A stretch of DNA of 32,163 nt, taken from the NCBI GenBank assembly GCA_000826855.1, contig JTLS01000094.1, positions 1-32,163 on the forward strand, read 5' to 3'. Below the pieces are notes generated by a model. It made no database searches, was not told the DNA's origin, and worked only from the letters and a program-made list of their open reading frames with translations. The position numbers and the translations under genes were made by a program. This document shows, piece after piece, positions 10,527 through 21,100 of this stretch. Every line of letters starts with the position of its first letter. Position 1 is the stretch's first letter. This stretch comes from Basidioascus undulatus. Lineage: Eukaryota.

Positions 10527-13500
10527 ATGGCGCAGCAGCACTCCTCGTCGAGCCCCTCGGCGCCGGCGTCGCCCATGCCGCCAGACACATTCTTCGTCCG
10601 CGCCGCGTATGACTTTCGCTCCACCGACTCCTCCTCGCTCTCCTTTCGCGCAGGGGACGTCATCGAGGTCCTGACCCAGCTTGAGTCGGGCTGGTGGGAC
10701 GGGCTCATGGGCGGCGAGCGCGGCTGGTTCCCTTCCAATCATGTGAGTTGAGGGAACTTTGAAGATGATGAAGAGGTTGGGTGCATCTGCGGGGTATGGA
10801 GATGTTGGAAGGTGGGCGGGCGGCATTGCTGTCGACTGTCGGCTGGTCAGGCGGGGCCCGGGCATGCTGCCAGGGAGCCCAGGGTGGTTAATGGGACCTG
10901 CTGAGCTTACAGCATGGCCAAGATACGCAAGCTGATCACGATCGAACTCCTCAGGTCGTCCGCATCTCCGACGAGGAAGCTGCATTCGCGCTAGAAGAAG
11001 CCGGATACGCCTTCTCCCTAGACGGCGAAGACGACGGGGACGCGTTCGGGCATCTAGCGCGCCCCGGCGCGAATGGAAGGCAGGGGGATGAGAGCGAAGA
11101 CGAGCACGGGGAAGGGCACGAGGATTTCTGGGTACCTCAGGCAACGCCTGATGGACTAGTGCGTCGCTGCTGGTCTGCATCACACGCGCGCAATCTCGTA
11201 CCGAACCAATCCCCTTCCCCAGATCTACTACTACAACACGCAAACCGGCGAAAAGTCATGGGACCTCCCCGGCGGCGCATCCTCCCTCTCCTTCGAGCAG
11301 TCCTCCCTCATCTCGACGCCCACCCTCGATTCCCTCGCCGAATCAGGCCTCGACTCCTCTCGCGATCGCGACCGCTTCAGCCAAATCACCCGCACTACTC
11401 CCGCCTCCTCCGCAGCGAGCCCGCACGAGCTCGTGACCCCTCGCGGAACGCGCCCCGCGTCGCGTCGCCTGAGCAAGGCCATCTCCCTGCGACCCCCGCC
11501 TGCCGCGAACCGCCGCTCGTCTTCAGGCGACGCCAGCAAGTTCGCGCCCCCGCCCGCGGAGAGCAGAGCGGACGTCGCGCAGCGGGCGGTCGCGGCTGTG
11601 GAGGCGCTGGCGGCTGCGGCGAGCACGACTTGGGTGTCTGATACGGCGCTGGGGCGGCGTGACTCGGACACGGATGCAGGGCTGTTGGGGGAAGGATCGG
11701 GAAGGCCGCCATCTCCCGAATCGCCGGCAGTCGCATACGCTCGGCAGTCCAAAGTCATCCACATCGCGACCGACACCGCTGCCTGTACCGTCCGCGACGT
11801 GCTCCTCGTTTCCGGCACGCTCAGCCCTTCGCCGCAAGTGCCTATCGCGCTCAAGACGTTACAGCGCCGCTTGACAGCCGCGCTGTCAAAGGTGGTCCTC
11901 ACGAGTCGAGCAACGACAACCGTGCTCGAGTTCCTGCCCTCTCCCACCCACGGCGACCCGAACGAAATCCTCGAGTCGCTCGAGCGCCTCTCGGACGACG
12001 TCCGCGACCTCGCGCGCGCAGTGGCCGAGTTCGTCGAGCGTGACGCAGAAGTCGACGATGTCGAGGCGCGCCGGATCCTCGGCTACCTCGCCCCACGCGA
12101 CGGCGAGGTGGACGTCAAGCGGCGCCCGCTGGGCAAGCTGACGCTGATGGAGCTCGAGCGGATGGGAAGCGAGGCGCGCGAGGCGCTCCGCGGCCTCACC
12201 GAGTTCCTCCGCCCGTTCATGAAGGACGAGGTGGGTGAGCAGCGGAGCGCGAGCCCGATGGACCCCGACATGCCGACCTCCCCTATTCGGTCCTCCCCCC
12301 CTCAACCCCCCCGCCGCGTGGCCCCTGCCCTCCCCCCGCACGCGTTCGAGCACGCACGAGCACGCACGAGCACCGCGCTCGCATCCCTCTCCCGCTTCGG
12401 GGTGGCGTCCAGTGAAGTCGACCTCCTCTCTTTCCTCGATTTCGACGGGCTCCCCCTGCCGCCTCCCCCGGACTCGCCCGACCTCGGCGGAGACGCCTCG
12501 CTCAAGCCGGAGCTCCCACACGCGGACAGCCAGTACGCCGAGCTGGTCCTCCGCGTCAACGGGCTGTACCGCGAGCTCGAGAGCGCGCGGTCCGCGCTGT
12601 CCAGCACCAGCGCAGAGATCCTCCTCGGCGTACAGCAGCTTGCATCTGCGGATCCGGAAGCCTCCGTTCGGACAGTCCTCTCGGATGTGCATCGTGTCGA
12701 GCGCGCATCATCGGACGTTCTCGAGACGCTCCTCAGCCTCGTCGAGACTGGCGAAGCGCAGCTCACCGCATCCAAAGCGGGCACGCTGTCCAGCGCGTCG
12801 CGCATCGGCGCGCGCGCGCCCTCCCTCGCACCGGTCCCGACAACCCCAGTACCCACCGGCCCGTCGCCCACGACGACGACGGCGACGAACGGGCGCAGCG
12901 CGCCGTCCGTGCGCAAGAACTCGGTCGCGTCCTCCGTCGCGCAGAGTGCGCGCACGAGCAGGAGCGGGAGTGTCGGGTCGCGCGCGCGCGGGCTCGATGA
13001 GGAGGTGCGCGAGCGAGAGGATGAGGAGGCCGAGGCGGAGCGGCTCGAGCGCCAGGACTCGCAGGGCGAATTGCCGCCGGCTGGGCTGTACGCCCAGGGC
13101 GGGCGCTCGAGGAGCGGGAGTCTGGCGGCGAGCACTGGGAGTCTGGGGAGCGGATATGGCGGAGGAGAGGGCATGGAGAGGTCCGGAAGCTATGGGAGAC
13201 CGTCCGGGGGCGTTCGGGGAAGTCGCATGCTTCAGGATTGGGAGTTCGATGACGACCCTGGTGCGTTCGCCTTTCCTGCTTCCTACACTGCTCATGATCT
13301 CGGTTCGCTGACTGCTATTTGAACACGATCAGAAGCGTCTACCCGATCCCCGAACCGGAATCAGCGCTCTAAGCTGCAAAAGCTCCTGGGCGACGAGGCG
13401 CCGGGCTTCCCGCCTTCCCCCTCCGCGTCCAAGCTCCAGAAGCTCCTAGGCGAAGACGCCCCCGCGACGTCGCCCGTGCTGCCCGGCTCGCGTCGGCCGA

Positions 13501-15483
13501 GCGAGCCCACCGTGCCGTGGTTCCTCCAGTCCAAGTACGGGGGCGCGCTCGTCACGCAGGCGGGCGGACAGGTCAAGGGCGGCACGCTGCGCGCGCTGGT
13601 GGAGCGTTTGACAACGCACGAGCTCACCGGTCAGTTCTGTTCATTTCACCCTTCCTTCCCAAGCTGGTCGTCGGTTTCAACGACATGTGCTGATATGAAT
13701 GAGGGTATGACAGACTTGACGTTCAGCAAGACGTTCCTGATGACGCACAAGTCGTTCGCCCCCTCAGACGAGGTCTTCGACCTCCTCGTCGAGCGCTTCG
13801 ACATCCGTCCGCCGGAGGACCTCACCGAGGGCGAGCTCATGAGCTGGCGCGAGAAGAAGCAGATCGTCGTGCAGCTTCGGTGCGTCGCAGCTGATGTTCG
13901 CCTTTCACTGGTTACCATGAGACTGAGGAGAGATGGCGGGGTAGGGTCGTGAACGTCATGAAGTCTTGGCTCGAGACGCACTTCGACGAGGAGCTCGACG
14001 GGAACATCCTCGAGCGCATACGGCAGTTTGCGGCGTCCGACATCCCGCCCACGATCGCTGGTCCGGTGAAGAACCTGATGAAGCTCGTCGATCGCCGGGT
14101 GCGTCTTGCGGTTCACTGCGCACAGCGCGGACAGAGGCATTGAGACTGACGGGCCTGCGGTCCATTATGCAGCAAAGCAAAGGCGGCGAGATGCCCCGAC
14201 GGATCGTCACGGCGCAGAACTTCCCGCCCGCGCCGATCCTGCCGAAGAACACGCGCAAGATCCGCCTGCTCGACATCGACCCGCTCGAGCTCGCGCGGCA
14301 GCTGACGCTCATGGAGAGCCAGCTGTACAACGCGATCAAGCCCGTCGAGTGCCTGAACAAGGCGTGGAGCCAGGACGAGGGCAGCCGGACGCACAACATC
14401 AAGGGCATCATCATGATGAGCAACCGCGTGCGTTTTCCTTCCTGTGGTGCGGGTCTCGAACGAAGAGGCTGATGTGGTTCTTTGTGTCCGGTCAGATCGC
14501 CGTGTGGGTCACCCAGACTATCTTGAGCGATCGAGATGACCCGAAGAAGCGCGCGGCGTACATCAAGTACTTCATCTATGTAGCCGAGGTTCGCCCCCTA
14601 ATCTCTTCTCGATGGATCACCGTGAACTTCGAACTGACCCGTCCGTCTTCAGCGCTGTTGGACCCTCAACAACTTCTCCACCCTCGCCGCCATCATCGCC
14701 GGACTGAACTCGCCGCCGATCAACCGCCTGAAGCGGACGTGGGAGGTCACGAGCACCAAAGCGACCGCGATCCTCGAGACGCTCGACCGCACGCTCGACT
14801 CGAGCAAGAACTTTGCGAACTACAAGGAGCTCCTGCGGAACGTGAACCCGCCTTGCGTGCCTTTCCTCGGTGCGACGCTCACTATCTCCCGAGTCCTCCC
14901 TTCTGCCCTGTCTGACATAGAGAGGTGGTGGGGATCAGGCGTATACCTCACATACTTCACCTTCGTCGCCGACGGCAACCCCGATTACCTCAAGGCCGAG
15001 GGCGGCGGCCAGCTCATTGACCAGGTTTCCGGCGCACCGCTCATCAACTTCGCCAAGCGCCAGTTAACTGCAGACCTGATCGCCGAGATCCAGCAGTTCC
15101 AGACGACGCCGTACAGTGCGTCCACGCGCGCGCCCCATCGGTCTATGGTCGCTGGATGGTCTTTTCTGACGCTATGTTTCTGCAGACCTCACGCCTATCG
15201 CGCCCATCGCGAAGTTCATCACGGATCAGCTGCTTACGACCGAGACGATGCCCGACGCGTACAATATTAGTTTGGAGGTGGAGCCGCGCGAGCGCGAGGA
15301 TGAGAAGATGTGCGTCGCTGTCCAGACCGTGGTCTTTCGCCCTCATTTACTGAATCCTGACTTACAACCGCTCGGCACTACAGTGCACGTCTTTTGCAAG
15401 AGTGAGTAGCGTTAGCCCGACTTAGCGCTGTTTGAAGATTCCGGTTGACTGACGCTCCTCCACGCAGATCCGGGTTTTTCTAG
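10527..15483 (+). CDS. CDC25: Ras guanine-nucleotide exchange factor, Cdc25/Sdc25 type (SH3 - WW - helical region - REM/RasGEF_N - RasGEF), ~1324 aa
   Basis: Thirteen exons join into an open 3975-nt frame: 10527-10742, 10955-11158, 11223-13260, 13333-13629, 13714-13879, 13945-14098, 14173-14427, 14496-14588, 14653-14869, 14939-15115, 15186-15309, 15384-15401, 15468-15483. SH3: VRAAYDF...LSFRAGDVIEVL...SGWWDG...RGWFPSNHV. WW: FWVPQATPDGLIYYYNTQTGEKSWDLP. REM: VKGGTLRALVERLT...FLMTHKSF. GEF: DPLELARQLTL, LNNFSTL, INRLKRTW, PPCVPFLGVYL, INFAKR, SLEVEPREREDEKIARLLQESGFF*. Confidence 0.95.
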
Positions 15484-16060
15484 TGTTGTTTCTCTCGGTT
15501 TTGTCTATGCCCTTCTTTCTCCTTGCTCATTCTTCTTCGATTTCTTGCTTTTCCTGTCTTTTGTATGCTGCATGCCCCCACACCACGTCGTATCCCTGCG
15601 CATGGCAACGCTCCGCATCTCGCAACCGTTTCTTGTGTTCTGCTTGCTGGGGCGTCTATATTCCCTTCTCCATTCCTTGTTCATTGATCTCGGTATTATG
15701 AATCCCTGGTGCTGCCCGGCTTTTGCACTGTGATCCTGGCCTGTAAATGCGTCGCCTGTTCCAAATCAAGACTGCCGCGCAGGATGACTGGTCAGGACTG
15801 TCACTGGCACGTTTATGCTAACTCAATCAGAACATGACCGGATTTTCGTTCCATTGTCCTGAAGATGACCACGAGGGTCGAGCATCTGCGTGCAGCGGAA
15901 TAAGGGTGTAGCGTACGTCCCAAGACGGGGCGGGCGGGCACGCACTCGCGCCAAAGACATGTAAAACTCGCCCCATTCTCGTGTCTTCCTGATCTCATCT
16001 CGTTTCATTCGCAAGTTCACTGACCGCTCTCACTGAGCTTCAATCGCATCCACCACCGTC

Positions 16061-17899
16061 ATGCCTGCTGTTACGCTCTCGGAATCCAACCAGGAGGAGC
16101 GGTTCTACCCGCCTTTGTACCTGCAGCGTCGCATGTGGGCGCTGGAGGTGATCAAAAGGGAGGGTCCTCGCTCAGTACGTTCCTTCACCTATGCTTCTGT
16201 TGCGATGAGCACGATGACACTGCTCTCTCCAATAGGTTCTGGACGTCGGATGCGGGGAGGGCTCGCTTCTTTCTGTGCTCTGCCTGCCCCCCACACGGCA
16301 CGACGAGCTCCCGGAGCAGGCCGACCCCGCTGCGGAGGAGTTAAGGCGTCAAGGCCAACAGATCCATCTCGTGCGTTCCACTTCATCCAGCTCGTAAGCT
16401 TACATCATCCAGTCTGAGCCGAACTGTACACAGGAGCGCCTGGCCGGCCTGGACATCAACGCCGAGGCACTCGCGAAGGCGCTCGAGGTCACGCGACCTG
16501 ACGCGGAAGCGACGGTTTGGGATAGTCAGCGCTGGGGCGAGAAGCCCCTGCATCTCGAGCTCTGGGAGGGTGGTTTGGAGAAGTTCGTGAGCGCTTTCGT
16601 GGGCTTCGATTGCATCACCGCGCTCGAGGTGTGAGTCAAAGCTTCATCTCTGGCTGCAGTCTCCCCAAGAGATGCTGATGGCTGTTCGACGTGCAGCATC
16701 GAGCACTTGCCGCCCCACGTCTTTGACCGTTTCGGGCCTGTTATTCTAGGGATGTGTAAGTTTCGGCTTGTTTATTGCACCATTTCGAGCCGCGTGCTTA
16801 TATTCTGAATGCAGACCGCCCGAGAGTGCTCGCGATCACGACTCCCAATTACAGGTAAAAGGGGGAGCTCAACCGATGTTCGAACTGTCACTCAAATCTC
16901 TTCTCAAGCTTCAACGCACGGTTTACGCCTTCTGAAGAGCAGAATGGCTTCAATGACCCGACAGGTCGAACGGACAGGCGGTTTCGGCACGTACGTCTGC
17001 CACCTTTGCGCTGTGCTAGTATTTCTGCTGATGTCGGGCGAAGGACGATCACAAGTGAGAGCGTTCTCAGTGACACCGGCAAAGTGACCTTTCTAAAAGC
17101 AGATTATTCAGGTTCGAGTGGACGCCCGCCGAGTTCGAAGAGTGGTGTAACGATATGGCAAGTGCCTATGGGTACACGGTGGTAGTGGGCGGCATCGGCA
17201 CGTGGACAACACCGCCAGAAGATTCAAAAGCAAAATATGTATCACAGACGGCCATATGTACGTGAATATCTCATAGAAACGTCCTGAAGCGCTGACCGGG
17301 TCTCCGCAGTTCGCCTTCTGCCTTCGCACACGCCCTCTCCCGAGCGCTCTCCCCGCTCAGCACTTCCCACGCCGCTCGCCTTCCGTCCCCCCACACCCGC
17401 ACCACCGCCAGCAAAGATCGCAACTCACCGCTTTGAGCCCACTGCGTCCTCCCCACTAAGCCCCGCCGAAATCCGCGATGTCGTACAGCGCTCGTTCGCG
17501 GGTGCGCAGCAGGGGTTGAGCCTCGGTGGATTGTGGGATGAAGACGTTAGCGAGGCTGCCGGAGGAAGTATTCGGGCATTGCTAGCGGCTCTTGGAGGCG
17601 GATTCGGCGTGGAAAGTCATGGTGGGGAGGACGTGTGGGAAGTAGCGGATCCGCATGGGAGCTTGATTGTCGAGGAGTTGATGGTTCGATGGAAGGGGGA
17701 GGTGACTGACGTTGCGATGGAGTGGGAGGAAAAGGGAGACGAGTGGAACGAATGGAGAGAGACCGGAGGGGACGGTATGCACTTGGAATGGGGTGTTGCG
17801 GTTGAGGGATGGGGGACCAACGGGGAGCGCGACGGAGCAGCGTCGCGCGGAGGGCTTAGGGGGGACTCGGACGCCATAGGCGGCGATGATTCAGGGTAG
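16061..17899 (+). CDS. HEN1: Hen1-type small-RNA 3'-terminal 2'-O-methyltransferase (~457 aa)
   Basis: Nine exons join into an open 1374-nt frame: 16061-16174, 16236-16370, 16434-16630, 16697-16755, 16815-16854, 16909-16990, 17044-17054, 17112-17257, 17310-17899. Hen1 signature motifs are all present: FYPPLYLQRR, SAM-binding VLDVGCGEGSLL, GLDI, metal-binding ALEVIEHL, ITTPNYSFN, FRHDDHKFEWT..EFEEW, SQTAIF. Confidence 0.92.
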
Positions 17900-18018
17900 A
17901 AATCTTGAATATGTCGTCTTCACAGCGTTTGACTGTTTACAGTATGCGAAGGTACTATTATCAAGAAGTTGGCAGTCGTTGGTAAGATTTTGGCGACTGT
18001 TGGTGACTGGGAAGCCCT

Positions 18019-18090
18019 CGTCGCGCCGAGCCGGCACGCGCGATCGGCCCGGCAAGGAAATCCATCACGGTCGCGTCGGCCTCGCGCCTT
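18019..18090. promoter_or_regulatory. CGCG-rich (MCB-like) cluster in the 268-bp intergenic region upstream of the helicase
   Basis: GTCGCGCC, CACGCGCGAT, GTCGCGTC and CTCGCGCC lie within about 70 bp, 80-150 bp before the ATG at 18168. The genome is CG-rich, so chance occurrence is possible. Confidence 0.3.
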
Positions 18091-18167
18091 GCTCCTTGCT
18101 CCTTGCTCCCTAACTCTCATCCCCAATCGCCAACTTCTGTCTTCACCCCTCGCACATCGCCGGCACA

Positions 18168-21100
18168 ATGGTCGGCGATACCCTTGGAGTCACTGAGGAC
18201 GGCCCGTCGTACCTTCAGAATCTGAACGCGGCGCAGCGAAAAGGTTGGGAGTGTTTCCGAGCGGTGGCGGACCTATGACTGGGAGCTGACGGAGTCGAGT
18301 ACAGCTGTTCTCATCGACCCGACGGTGCCGCTTCAGATCCTTGCAGGACCTGGTTCAGGGAAGACTCGAGTGTTGACGACGCGAAGTACGTTGAGCTCGT
18401 ATGCTGAGCTGTTGCAAACACAACTGACACGGAGAGCTCCCTTGCCAGTCGTGCACTTCCTCCTGCATCACAAGATCGACCCAACGGCGATCGTTGCCGT
18501 CACGTTCACGAACAAGGCAGCGCGAGAAATGAAGCAACGGTGCGTGGTTTTGGTTGTCTCTTGGAGTAGTCCTGTACGGGTGTTGAGAAAGGGGCTGCCT
18601 CAGGCTCGTTAAGATGGTGGGGGCTCAGACGGTCGACAAGCTTGTGCTGGGTATGTCCGATTCCTCCCAGCTTGACTCGGGTGAGATGGTAAGGGCTACA
18701 ACTTGCCGACACGCTATCAGGCACTTTTCACGCGACCTGCGTGCGGTACCTTCGCCGCCACGGCTCCCGCATGAACCCGCCTCTGTCCCCGAACTGGAGC
18801 GTCTGCGACGAGGATCAAGTGTGCGTGCCTAGCATTCTCCCGACTTTCACGCATTGTGATTCTCACCCCCGGGACGCTGTTATGCAGGAGGAAGATCACG
18901 GACGAGATCGCAAAGTCGTTCGCCGAACAGATGCGTGAGATGAGCGTGGAAATCAAGGGCGAGATGGTCCGCAACGCGATTTCCACAGCCAAGGCGCACA
19001 ACGAAGGACCGGAGGATGTGCGGACGAACGCACTGGCGCAGCAGCCGATTGACAGATACAAGATCCTTATCGCGCAGGTCGGTCGGCGGTGTGACAGAGA
19101 TCGCTCCCGGTAACTGACACGAGTGTGATTGCAGATGTACGACCAATACCAGGCTCGCCTGAAGGTTTGGAAGGCGTGTCCTTTACTAGGGTGCTTCTGG
19201 CTGATCTGCTACTCGAGCAGGAGATCAACGCGTTCGACTTTGACGACCTGCTCGTCTATGGCGTCCGACTGTTCGAGCAGATCCCGACTGCCGCCGAGCA
19301 TATCCAAGTCTTGCTGGTGGACGAGTTCCAGGTTCGTCCTATGCTGGTCTCTCAGGGCATCTCGGTCGCTTACATGCCATTTTCAGGACATCAACAAGGC
19401 GCAGTACAAGCTCATGAATCTCATGACTGCGCACAATCGGCACGTCAGCATCGTCGGCGATCCTGATCAGAGCATTTATGGGTGGCGTGCCGCCGATGTG
19501 CGTTCCATTGCGCGCCGATCGTAGAGTAGTATTCCCTGACATGTCGCCGGTTTACCGAAGGTCGAGAACTTGAAGAAGATGATCGCAGGTACCGCGCACC
19601 CGTTACGTCTTCAGGGCGGCTGCTAACCCGGTGGTACCGCCGCAGAGTTCCCTGGCACCCAGCAAATCTTCCTGGAGGAGAACTACCGCTCTACGGGTTC
19701 GATCGTCTCCGCAGCCGTCGCGGTCGTTGCTCAAGGTGTGTTGCGTAGGAATGCGTGCAACTTTCGCTAGAGCATGGGTAGCTCACTCCGGATTGCAGAC
19801 CCTGACCGACCGCCCAAGACGCTCTACACGTCCCACGCCCAAGGCACGAAGGCCACGCTCCGGCAGGTTCGCAGCGCGCCGGCAGAGGCGGCGTGGATCG
19901 TGCGCGAGATTAAGCGTATCGTCGCCCACTCGGGCGGAGGAATCCAATACGGGGACTGTGCTATCTTGCGTGCGTGTGGCTGACCTTTAAAGAGGGTTAG
20001 AAACTGACCAATGCGGTTGGTGCAGTTCGGTACAACGCGCTTTCTCGCAACCTTGAAACGGCTCTGCAGAAGGAGAACGTACCCGTCCGGATGCTCGCAG
20101 GGTCAAAGTTCTTTGACCGGTTCGTTGCGTCCGTTCTCTATTCCGTCTCGCAGTTATGTGCTGACTTTCACTGTGCAGCGCCGAAGTGAAGGACATCCTC
20201 GCTTACTTGCAGGTCTGCCAAACCGACGTGCCCTTAGTCACCGTATCACATCCTGACCTGTTTCCTGCAGCTCATCGACAACCCCGAGTTCACGCCTGCA
20301 TTCCTGCGTGCCGTGAACACGCCGAAGCGTGGCATCGGGCCGAAGGTGCGGGCTGTTTTACCGGTTACTGCTTCTCGGTTTCCGCTATCATTCGCTCACA
20401 CGTCTCCGATAGACTCTGCAAGACATCAACGATGTTGCCCGCGCCGCCGGGCTCAAGCCATACGTCCTCATCGAGAAAATCGTCGACGGGAAGTCTTTCC
20501 CGTGCATGAAGCCGACGTGGAAGAAGCTCTCTTCGATGGTCAATCCTATCCGGAAATGCCGGCGCATGGCGAAAGCGGTGAGGTGCTCGTTTCATGTGGA
20601 GCCCAGCCAGCAACTCATTCTTCCACCCATGCAGCGCAAACCCGCAGCGGAGATTATCAAAGTCATTCTCGAAGAAATCGACTACCAAGCTTACCTCGAG
20701 CACCACTGTCCGATGCCATCCGAAGCTGCCTCGCGGTGGGAGAACGTCCAGGAGCTCGTCACGTTCGCCGCTAGTCTGGACAAGGACAAGGACGCTCCGA
20801 ACACCGAGGTCCCAGCCGAGCTGCCCGAGGCAGTGGAGAAGGCGGTCAACGAGGAGCCTGGCGAGACGGGCGAGTACAAGCGCGAGCTGTTCGCGGTCTT
20901 CAACCGAAACAAGCGCGAGAAGAACGTCGAGTCCGAGGAGGAGGTCGCGGCTGATGATGACGAGAAGTACGTCTTTCGCGCCTGTGACATTTTTTATGGG
21001 GCAGTCTTCGCTCACGAAAAGCTCCTGTAGTCCGACGCCCTTGCGAAGCTTCCTCGCTGCCTCGACGCTCAGCACGGACGTGGAGGAGAAGGATGAGAAC

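Noticed and set aside
11231..13311. Several long antisense or alternate-frame ORFs over Cdc25 exon 3
   Set aside because: Shadow ORFs of high-GC coding sequence, rich in Arg/Ala/Ser with no motifs.
13630..13713. Stop-free in-frame introns (also 14870-14938 and 7017-6946) read through by the ORF track
   Set aside because: Canonical splice signals are present and retention would interrupt conserved domains, so they are treated as ordinary introns.
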